From a virus: 64,000 bases of DNA. The stretch's first letter is position 1, and the number at the start of each line of letters is the position of its first letter. The position numbers and the translations under genes are program-made. This document shows positions 33,543 through 42,000 of this stretch, piece by piece. The DNA lies in the IMG/VR virus record IMGVR_UViG_3300044971_004534. One strand, written 5' to 3'. Under the pieces are notes generated by a model. That model saw only the letters and a program-made list of their open reading frames with translations. It searched no databases and was not told the origin of the DNA.

Positions 33543-33710
33543 TTAGTTGCCAGCAACGGTGTTGACTAACTTGCCAACCCATGTGCCAATAAGACCAACA
33601 CCCTTGACGGTGAATGGAAGTACGGCGAGGAAAAGTACCCAGTGAACTGGGCTCTTCCAGCAGAAACCGCCCATGATTGGGCACTTTGAGCACTGATTAG
33701 ATGAATCCAT
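33543..33710 (-). CDS. small membrane protein (55 aa, below track cutoff)
   Basis: Hand translation MDSSNQCSKCPIMGGFCWKSPVHWVLFLAVLPFTVKG...; lies directly downstream of the OMP gene. Confidence 0.4.
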   Translation of the reverse strand: MDSSNQCSKCPIMGGFCWKSPVHWVLFLAVLPFTVKGVGLIGTWVGKLVNTVAGN

Positions 33711-33729
33711 AATATTGTTCTCCTTTCAA

Positions 33730-34497
33730 TTAGAACTTGACTGAACCACCAAAGCGAACGATAAGATCAAGCGGCGAACCCGTGTATTGAGCGAATGGGA
33801 CATCAACTCCGAAGTTGAGGTCTGCATTGGGGCAAACGCTCCAGTTGAGTGCTGGACCGATTGTGCTCAAGCTGTCTCCGCTATCAAGATACCAGAAATT
33901 ATAATTAACTGCCAAATCAAGCTTATCAACAAGCTCATAAGCAAGATCTGCATTAACATTCATGATGTCTTCTGTAGTAAAGCCGCCAAAAACTGGGATA
34001 TAGTCACCATTAGTGTTAAATTCCCAATTCATGCCAGCACCCCAGGTCAACTTGTCAACAAAGGTAGTTCCCTCTGTGGCAAGGCCAAGGACTACGTTTA
34101 CGCTGTTACCACCGTAGCCAGCAGAGCTGGTTGGGAGCTTAACATCAACCGACAGGTCAGCCTTATCCATAAAGCTCAGGGGCTTGTGGACGAACGTCCA
34201 ATCTGCGCCCAAGTCAAGCATGCCTGCACCGGTGACTCCGTCAGTATAAACTGGCAAGGTCAGGTGGGTAGTAAGATCCTTAATTGGGGTCTGCCAGTTA
34301 AGCTGCTGAACAAACTGGGTAACGTTGCCAGTGTCCAGGTTGTAGAAATTGATCTTTTCATCAAAGCTAAAGTCGTTTAGCTTGAAGAAAGATGCAAATC
34401 CACTGTCGTTTGTCGCAACAGCAGGCTGAGCTGTCTGAGCCAAGGCTGAGACACTAAGTACTGATGCTCCGACGATTCCAATGATCGTTTCCTTCAT
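33730..34497 (-). CDS. secreted outer-membrane beta-barrel (porin-like) protein
   Basis: Signal peptide ...SALAQTAQ; alternating-hydrophobicity strands; C-terminal ...GGSVKF with terminal Phe. Confidence 0.6.
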   Translation of the reverse strand: MKETIIGIVGASVLSVSALAQTAQPAVATNDSGFASFFKLNDFSFDEKINFYNLDTGNVTQFVQQLNWQTPIKDLTTHLTLPVYTDGVTGAGMLDLGADWTFVHKPLSFMDKADLSVDVKLPTSSAGYGGNSVNVVLGLATEGTTFVDKLTWGAGMNWEFNTNGDYIPVFGGFTTEDIMNVNADLAYELVDKLDLAVNYNFWYLDSGDSLSTIGPALNWSVCPNADLNFGVDVPFAQYTGSPLDLIVRFGGSVKF

Positions 34498-34694
34498 AAA
34501 GTCTCCTTTTTCAAAAGGTGTGAACTATTCTTTTCGGCAAAAACGAGGAACTTCCTCTGCCTACCCCTATCTATATCCTTGCAGAGGGACGGGACTGTAA
34601 GAAATTAAAATTAAAAAATTGTATAACCATATTGTTACTCATTAAAAAGGTAAAGAGTATTTTTTAAGTAAATATATGTTATATAGGGATATTT

Positions 34695-35312
34695 ATGGCT
34701 AATTCAAAAACACTTTATATCATGAGAGGACTGCCTGGCAGTGGCAAAAGTGCCGTTGCAGAAGTTTTAGCTCCAGGAAACGTATATGCTGCTGACGACT
34801 TTCCTGGTTTGTATGGAAAAGATATGAGCTTTAATCCATCTCTGCTAGGAAAGGCGCATGCAGCAACGCAAAGCAAAGTAATTGAGGCTATGGATCGCGG
34901 TGAGCCCAAGATAGCATTGGCCAATACCAACACCCAACACTGGGAGATGGCTCCTTATGTGAAAGCAGCACAAGAAAAAGGCTATTATGTAACTTTTGTG
35001 CATGTTGAGGGAACGGTTGCACCTACTGGAAGTAGTACAAAAAACATTCATGGAGTACCAGATGAAGCTCTTTCAAGAATGAAGGCTCGTTTTGAGCCAT
35101 TTGACCCAGCTAGGCGTCTTGAAGAAAGATCTCCGATGCCACCCAAGAAAGAAAGTCAGGAACATATGAGTTGGTACAAAGAAGCTAAGAAGAAAAAAGA
35201 ATATAATCCTAACCCATGGGCTGTTTGCACAGAATCTGTTGGTAGAGAAGATAAGAAGAAGTATGAAAGTTGCGTAATGCAGGTAAAAAAGAAACAGGGT
35301 AAAAAGAAATGA
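34695..35312 (+). CDS. P-loop kinase (AAA_33 / polynucleotide-kinase-like) fused to a basic Cys tail
   Basis: GLPGSGKS Walker A; the C-terminal part starts with an internal MSWYKEAKKKK, then NPWAVCTESVG...CVMQVKKK. Confidence 0.6.
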   Translation: MANSKTLYIMRGLPGSGKSAVAEVLAPGNVYAADDFPGLYGKDMSFNPSLLGKAHAATQSKVIEAMDRGEPKIALANTNTQHWEMAPYVKAAQEKGYYVTFVHVEGTVAPTGSSTKNIHGVPDEALSRMKARFEPFDPARRLEERSPMPPKKESQEHMSWYKEAKKKKEYNPNPWAVCTESVGREDKKKYESCVMQVKKKQGKKK

Positions 35313-35524
35313 AAAAGAACTTATTTAAGTTAGCTTCAGAGCAAGCGCATGGCATGACAAAAGAAAAAATAAAGCAAATTGTTCTTTTAGCACACGTTTT
35401 AGACAAACATATAGATGATGTTCCAGTTGAAGGATGGGTTCTTGAACACATCACAACGGCCCATGATGACCTGCTGGAAGTTGCTAGCTATTTTAGACAA
35501 CTAGCTGATTCTAAAAAGTCCTAA
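35309..35524 (+). CDS. hypothetical protein
   Basis: ATGA overlap with the previous gene. Confidence 0.5.
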   Translation: MKKNLFKLASEQAHGMTKEKIKQIVLLAHVLDKHIDDVPVEGWVLEHITTAHDDLLEVASYFRQLADSKKS

Positions 35525-35534
35525 TAAAAAAAGT

Positions 35535-35600
35535 CCCACCCTCAAGGGGTGAGGGTGGGGGCTCTGGGAACTTGCGCTCAACCTTACGGGAGCGCGCAAG
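35535..35600 (+). terminator. two tandem GC-rich hairpins (terminator or small structured RNA)
   Basis: CCCACCCTCA-agggg-TGAGGGTGGG and CTTGCGC...GCGCAAG, followed by a T-rich tract. Confidence 0.45.
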
Positions 35601-35699
35601 TGATGTGTTGTTTATATTTTTACTAATACTTTTTACATAATACCTTTGAGGTTTTTTGTATATTTGTTTGTAATCAATATTGTTATTTAGGAGAAAACT

Positions 35700-36689
35700 A
35701 TGGCAAAAAATATACCGTCCTTAATTAGCTGGAACAAGCTTGCAGAGAACATTGTAAAAAGAGAAGATTTAATCAAAACAGCTGCAAAAAAAGAAAAAGA
35801 TTCAGACTACGACGATAAGGGCAACAAAAAAATTGTTACAGACTCTGGCGGAAGAGAATTTGGGCCCAGAAAAGGACTTGAAGGACCATTTAAAGCCACA
35901 AGTGGACATAAAGGCGTATATTACTATGATCCAAAAGAAGGCAAGTACTATTGTCCATATACGGACATGTATCTTGAAGAGAAGCCAGGATCAGAGACTG
36001 TCAAGGAATCATCAGCAATATACGACGTAATCTGCAGAGATGGATCGATCAATAAAACCGTGTCAGTCATAGCAGAATCTGCATCTGAAGCTTTTAGCAA
36101 GGCTGCATCTATGTCAGATAAATACAACATTAATTGGAATAATTCAAATGTCGAAGTTGAAGCATCGTTCGAACCTTGGACAGAGATATTAAAAATTGCT
36201 AGGCACAGACATGAAAAAATGTCACTAGAAGCAGCTGTTGAAAAACTAGTGGATTCACATCTTTCGAAAGAAAACTCAGATCTACCAGAAGATGAAGATT
36301 CTAATAAGCTTTCGGTATACCTTGGCCAAGTCCACGTTATGCTCGATGTTATGGAGCGAGTCACTGGGCATGAGGTTGAAAGAGAGCAGTTGCTTAATGC
36401 AATTGCTAAAGAAGCTGCAAAGCGCAACGTGGATTTAGAGATTGGAGGACATCCAGAGGAAGCTTATCTTTTGCTTGACAAGCCAGTGATGGAGGAAATG
36501 AAGACTGCCGCAAAAAAGAAAAAATCTAAAGCAGGCAAAAATAAGCCGACCAATCCATCTTTGTGGGCAAGAGCTAAAGCAGCTGCAAAGGCAAAGTTTG
36601 ACGTATATCCTAGTGCATATGCAAACGGCTGGGCTGTTCAGTGGTATAAAAAGCGCGGTGGAGGATGGCGAAAGGGTAAAAAGAAGTAA
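35700..36689 (+). CDS. hypothetical protein with PSAYANGWAVQWYKKRGG basic tail
   Basis: AGGAGA SD; N-terminus ...LISWNKLAEN is leader-like. Confidence 0.6.
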   Translation: MAKNIPSLISWNKLAENIVKREDLIKTAAKKEKDSDYDDKGNKKIVTDSGGREFGPRKGLEGPFKATSGHKGVYYYDPKEGKYYCPYTDMYLEEKPGSETVKESSAIYDVICRDGSINKTVSVIAESASEAFSKAASMSDKYNINWNNSNVEVEASFEPWTEILKIARHRHEKMSLEAAVEKLVDSHLSKENSDLPEDEDSNKLSVYLGQVHVMLDVMERVTGHEVEREQLLNAIAKEAAKRNVDLEIGGHPEEAYLLLDKPVMEEMKTAAKKKKSKAGKNKPTNPSLWARAKAAAKAKFDVYPSAYANGWAVQWYKKRGGGWRKGKKK

Positions 36690-37462
36690 TGTCTAGAGAT
36701 AGACAAATATTTTCGCTAGCACAGTTGTTGACAGAATCAAATGGAGGTTTTGTTAGTCAATTTGACCGCACAATATCTTATTTGCAAAATAAAAATAAGA
36801 TACTTTTTGTTACCACCTCTAATAGATTTCAGATGAAAAAAGTGCCAATTGACATTCCTAAATCAACAAAAATAGCTTTAGCTATGGCTTCTAAATTGGA
36901 TGAAAAAGTTACGATTGTTGATGCCGCAAAATTGAAAATTGACATATGCGAAGGAAATGTATCGAGAATGGACGGCAACAGCTGTGGTACAAAAGAAAGT
37001 TTACTAAAAGACAAAGAAAAAAATCCATCAGGCTATCATAGATGCTGGGCGTCTTTAAATAACCCAAATGATGAACTTTGGAAAATAACAAAACCACTTT
37101 TTGAAAGTGATGCTGTTGTTTTTTTTGGATCTATAAGATGGGGTCAGGCTAATAGTATATATCAGAAGGTAATTGAAAGATTATCTTGGATTGAAAACAG
37201 ACATTCAAACTTGGGTGAAGAAAATGTTGTTGCAAAAATAGATGCTGGATGTATATTTACTGGTCATAATTTTAATGGCAATAATGCAATTGAATTACAA
37301 AAGAAAAATATGGAGTTTTTTGGATTTAATACGCCAGATGACTTGTTTTGGAACTGGCAATGGACTGAAGATGAGACAGATGAAAGTCAAAAAGGATATA
37401 AAGAAGATGCAAAAGATTTCAACAGAATTATAAAACTTACCATTAAGGGCAAAGAAACATGA
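36689..37462 (+). CDS. flavodoxin-like fold / NADPH-dependent FMN reductase-like protein (tentative)
   Basis: KILFVTTSNR...CEGN...C...DAVVFFGSIRWGQ pattern. Confidence 0.45.
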   Translation: MSRDRQIFSLAQLLTESNGGFVSQFDRTISYLQNKNKILFVTTSNRFQMKKVPIDIPKSTKIALAMASKLDEKVTIVDAAKLKIDICEGNVSRMDGNSCGTKESLLKDKEKNPSGYHRCWASLNNPNDELWKITKPLFESDAVVFFGSIRWGQANSIYQKVIERLSWIENRHSNLGEENVVAKIDAGCIFTGHNFNGNNAIELQKKNMEFFGFNTPDDLFWNWQWTEDETDESQKGYKEDAKDFNRIIKLTIKGKET

Positions 37463-37737
37463 ATGGATGGACTCATAAAAATAACAAAATAAGCAAGGTT
37501 TATCACACGAGGAACTGGGGCTCTAGCTCTAGTTTTTTTTATTTTATATCTAAATTGTCAGAACTTTGCAATCACCATCCTTCTATTGAGATAAAATATG
37601 ATTCTGTAAAAATAGAACTTGGCAGTCACGAATTAGGTAAGGTGACAAAAATTGATACAGAAATGGCAAAATACATTGATCAGTATTTTGAAAAGCATAA
37701 AGAAAGTTTGGGCAAAAATGAAAAAGAGAAAGAATAA
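37459..37737 (+). CDS. pterin-4a-carbinolamine dehydratase-like protein
   Basis: W...F...F...LSELCNHHPSIEIKYDSVKIELGSHE matches the PCD/DCoH core HHPxxxxxYxxVxxxLxTH-like. Confidence 0.6.
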   Translation: MNGWTHKNNKISKVYHTRNWGSSSSFFYFISKLSELCNHHPSIEIKYDSVKIELGSHELGKVTKIDTEMAKYIDQYFEKHKESLGKNEKEKE

Positions 37738-37981
37738 AAACAAAAAAGGAAGACAGGCAGAAAACTATATTTACATACCTGCGCTAGACGATAATGGATG
37801 CGTTATTAAGTTGTTATTAACAGAAAGAGAGTATGCAGCAGCAGTAAAGCGTGCTTCTTCCAATCCTGAAGATACTTTTGGAGATGTTATAGCTTTTCAA
37901 GTTATAAACAACCAGATAAGTCAATTAATTGGTACAGTTGAACAGAATAATTTTAATCAATCTGGACAGTCAATAGGATAG
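37718..37981 (+). CDS. hypothetical protein
   Basis: In-frame ATG (MKKRKNKNKKG); 20-nt overlap with the previous gene. Confidence 0.45.
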   Translation: MKKRKNKNKKGRQAENYIYIPALDDNGCVIKLLLTEREYAAAVKRASSNPEDTFGDVIAFQVINNQISQLIGTVEQNNFNQSGQSIG

Positions 37982-38169
37982 TCTTCTACGTAAGGATCTG
38001 GTGGCATGTCGTCGTAACCTAAAAGATCATCAGCAGTTTCAAAGTATCGCATTTGCTTAATATAAAAAAAGCTTCTTTTTGCAGAATTAAAATCAGCCCA
38101 ACAACCAGATGGTATTGAGCTGATTTTTTGATTAAAACAATAAGACCTAAAACCGTTAGACCATATCAT
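37957..38169 (-). CDS. hypothetical protein
   Basis: ORF track; its 3' end overlaps the convergent gene by 25 nt. Confidence 0.45.
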   Translation of the reverse strand: MIWSNGFRSYCFNQKISSIPSGCWADFNSAKRSFFYIKQMRYFETADDLLGYDDMPPDPYVEDYPIDCPD

Positions 38170-38489
38170 TAGTTTTGTGTGGTGCCTGTTCCACTTGGCT
38201 TGTCTGCAATCCCATCTCCATCTCTATCTTTTTCGTCTTTGATTAAACCGTCGTCACATATCATGGGCTTTCTGATAAACTCACGATATGCCCACATGAA
38301 GGCAATAATGACAACAGGAAAGTACCAAAGAGTCCAGCCATAAGATGGCTTCGCAGAACCCTCCTGAGCAATCTGGTCTTTCAACTGCATCATCACAACA
38401 TTGTCACTAGTGTTGTCAGGAACAATAGTGGGTGTAGTATCACACGCTGTCAAGACGAGAATGATTATGCATAAATATATGTATTTCAT
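38169..38489 (-). CDS. lipoprotein with additional TM segment (u-spanin-like architecture)
   Basis: AAGGAG SD; MKYIYLCIIILVLTAC lipobox; later WTLWYFPVVIIAFMWAY. Confidence 0.5.
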   Translation of the reverse strand: MKYIYLCIIILVLTACDTTPTIVPDNTSDNVVMMQLKDQIAQEGSAKPSYGWTLWYFPVVIIAFMWAYREFIRKPMICDDGLIKDEKDRDGDGIADKPSGTGTTQN

Positions 38490-38499
38490 GTGATACTCC

Positions 38500-38949
38500 T
38501 TATGATTTATTATTAGCTGCTGCAGATCCAAAGTAGAATCCGACTATGCTTAAGAGAACTTCTCTGTTTTCTGATGTCCAAAAGAATCCATTAATTTCTA
38601 CGAATGCTTTCCTTCCAGTTGCTGGAATTAATCCAAATAATCCCTCTGGGTTTTTAACGTCTACTTCAACAAATGTTGGTACTCCAAAGAAAGGAAGTAT
38701 GAACGGAGCAGCGAATGCTCCAAACAGTACGGTGAGAACTATGACTTGACGCACAGCTCTTCCGGCGTCTATGGATACTCTTTGAGCAGCCTTGTCTTGA
38801 TTTTCTGTAGTTTGTTTATTTGCAGTGATCAAACGTTCGAACATTTCTTTTTGATCTTGGCTTTTTTGTGCCATGAATCGGAAAAGAAACCCGGTCGCTC
38901 CGCCACCGATCATACTAATTAATTCTGGTGAAATCATATTGTACCTCAA
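38500..38949 (-). CDS. membrane protein
   Basis: ORF track; 2-3 hydrophobic segments. Confidence 0.5.
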   Translation of the reverse strand: MRYNMISPELISMIGGGATGFLFRFMAQKSQDQKEMFERLITANKQTTENQDKAAQRVSIDAGRAVRQVIVLTVLFGAFAAPFILPFFGVPTFVEVDVKNPEGLFGLIPATGRKAFVEINGFFWTSENREVLLSIVGFYFGSAAANNKS

Positions 38950-39063
38950 TTCTTTCTGACATTCATGTTGTGATCACAAACATCAATTTTTGCTATCCAT
39001 ATATTATTTTGCCACAAAAGAAGTTTATCCTGCTAGGAGATAGGATGACATATTTTGATTAAA

Positions 39064-42000
39064 TTAAATGTTTTTAACAAAATTATACCATCTATTGTAG
39101 CTTGCTCTCTTTCTTCGTGGGCTAAGTCCTCCAATAAGCTTCTTTCCAAACTCTATTTCTGTTTTTGATTGTTCTGCATCAAGGGCCTTAAGCCTTATTT
39201 CTCTTTCTCTTATTTCATTCAATATTTTAATTCTAAGTTCGGATCTAGAATGACCATCCAAAACGTATTGATTTTCAATATCTCTAAGTTTTGATATTTC
39301 CTCAGCAATAGCTAGTTTTTGCTGCAATATGTCATAAAGTCTTTCATCTTCTTCCGTGTCAAGAAGCATATAGTTTACATGATTGTCAGTTAAACTGTTA
39401 ATCCTATAAAATCTACCTTTTGCCTGAGTATCGGAAACTGGAGTCTGAGGCAAATCATTAAAGATTACAAAATCTGCAGTATTTTCTAAACTTAAGCCTG
39501 TACCTCCAGCACTGAAAGAAATGATTATGGCCGCATATTGAGATTGGTCGTAATTTTTCATAAACTCGTCAACATGCATCATTCTATGAGATGGGTTTTC
39601 TTCACCATGCAAAAAGTATACATACTTATTTTTAAATGGCGAATTTTCCGGGAATTGCTTTAATGCATTTTCAATCATTTGCTTCATTGCCTGTCCAGCT
39701 TCGATATTGTCTGTAAAAATACCAACTCTTTTACCACTCATTAACTTTTCTATGGCCTGCCTTGCGCTCAATGGAGCTTTTGCTCTTGCAAGAGATCTTC
39801 TGATAATGCCATAGGCAACAAGTGGATGCTCTAAAGTTCCTCGCATCATTGCTGATTCAAATTCTGCATTTCTAATTTCCATAAAAGAAGAAAGAACATT
39901 TGGGTCATTACTGACAGAATCTTTCACAATTTGTTTTGGAAGCGCTGGCCTAGACGGATCAGAGTCGCGCATGTCTTCTACAATGTCATGCTTAGATCTT
40001 TGCATGTATATCTTAGACTGAACAATAGCGTCACGAATAGCTGTTCCGGTAGATGCTGAGCCTCCACTTGATACAGCAGATGCGAGCTGTGTTACGAAAG
40101 AACCATAATCCAGATCTCCAAGTGGACTATTTATTGCGCGCAATTGATTATATAAATCTTGCTCTTTATTGGCAACGATAGTAGCAGAAGCACCCCAAAC
40201 ATTGCTTGCACCATTTGTGACTATTTGTGTATTAAATGTAGTGAAGTTTGCTTCGTGTTCATCATCCAGCGTTTCGGCTTTATCATCTGGGTCTCCATTT
40301 TTTACAGTGTGTACTTCGTCAAGTATAACTACATCTAACACACCCAGTTTAGAAAGTGCATTGAAATATGCTGTGAGTATGTTTCTTTTTCCCTCTTCTC
40401 CGTACTGTAGTGCTCCAGACCTACCGCCCTTAGTCCCTTCAAGTTCTAATTTTTTTGATTCAAGATTTGATTTTTCTTCAACTGAAATATTCGGGTCTTG
40501 CAATTTATACATAATTTCATCAAGAGTGCTTGTTTTTTGTAGTCTCTCTTCCTGCCTTGCTATAAAGGACTGGTAAAAATTAACTTTGGAATCAACAGCA
40601 TCTCTTATCAAGGAACGAACTTTTTGCATTGCATCTGCCACATTTGTCAAATTCTTGGGATTTTCAAATGCAACCTTAACAACCTCAACCGCTGTTGATT
40701 TTGCTAAGCTTTCTGCATCTTTATCAATTTCTTTTTCTTTGAACCAAGACGAATCTCGGCTATTAAGGTACAAGCTTGGGTGTTTAGAGCTAATCTTAAC
40801 ATTGGTGTTTAAATAAGCTTGAACTGCATCCTTAATAGCTTTATTTTTATCCAGTCCCATATTATTAGCATTAATTACATTACTAATAGAAGCAAACATA
40901 TCTTGTACAATTTGTTCAGCATAGGAAAGAGATCTATTCATAATCATTTGATAAGCTGAAGATATGCTTTGTCTTCTTGCAATCAAGCTTCTTAGAATTT
41001 GCGGTCTTGGAGGTATGGCAAATTTTTCGTAGTTCAAAACACACCACTTCCAGTTGGGAACTGGTATTTTAGCATTTTGATTTTCATCAAATATTTTTGT
41101 GGGATGATCAAACTGCTTTAAATATTCAAATAACTCATCACCAGTCCATATCTGTTCTGGAGAAACTCCAGTATAATATTCTATTTCTTTTTTAAACTGC
41201 GGAACAACAGCAGACTTTGTTAAAACAACTGCCTTCATGTCTTTGTTCAACTTCTTTGCATCTGTTTTAAGTCTTAGGTGACCCGCAACAATAGCTTGAA
41301 GAGTTTTGCCAACTCCCGTTTCATCCCCAAGTATCGCATGAGTTCTTGAATATAAAAACTTTATGCCTTCAATTTGTTTTGGATATATTTGCACATTGTC
41401 TATATTAGCTTGCGGATTACGAGAAAGAGCCTTTTTCTGCAACCCACTGTTGGCTACTGCTTTTACTGCTTGTTCAAAATCCCCTTCAGATTTATAGCCA
41501 TCGCCATCAATAATGCCTTCAAATCTTGCAGTTTTTGGATCAACGTAAGACTTTTTGCGAGGATCGTAAAAAAGTCCACTATTGAAGTCTTTGAATACAA
41601 GAGCAACAAGTTTGTCAACTTTAACACCTCTAGTTCCGCAAATAGTAATGAATCTTTGGAAATCGCTTGGATCTCCTCTTACATACCAACCTTTCGCCGT
41701 AGCCTGTATGTCTGTTGTTTTATGTATGCGGCACAATCTTTTTCTTGGGATAGACCTGCCTCCTTCATCAAAAAGCTCTCTTGAGTAATTGGGATCGTCT
41801 GTAACTCCTGTAAATGCAAATGTTAAGCACTCAACGATATCTAACTGCCTTGGATACGGCACATTGACAATATTTGGGATGCTAATTCTGTACATCCAAT
41901 TTTTATTGGTTTCTTCAAAAATAGATTTAGCTTCTACCTCTGCAAAATTTCTTATGTCTGTAGACTCTTTAATATTTAAAAGATGGGAATCTGCATTGTC

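Noticed and set aside
33787-34380. 197-aa + strand ORF inside the OMP gene
   Set aside because: It is antisense to a gene with a signal peptide, beta-strand periodicity and a terminal Phe, and it has no SD.
35535-35610. GC-rich ~75-nt island as a tRNA or other known ncRNA
   Set aside because: It folds as two simple hairpins. It has no cloverleaf, no GTTC T-loop and no anticodon arm, and is more simply read as tandem terminators. No tRNA-like sequence was seen in any intergenic gap.
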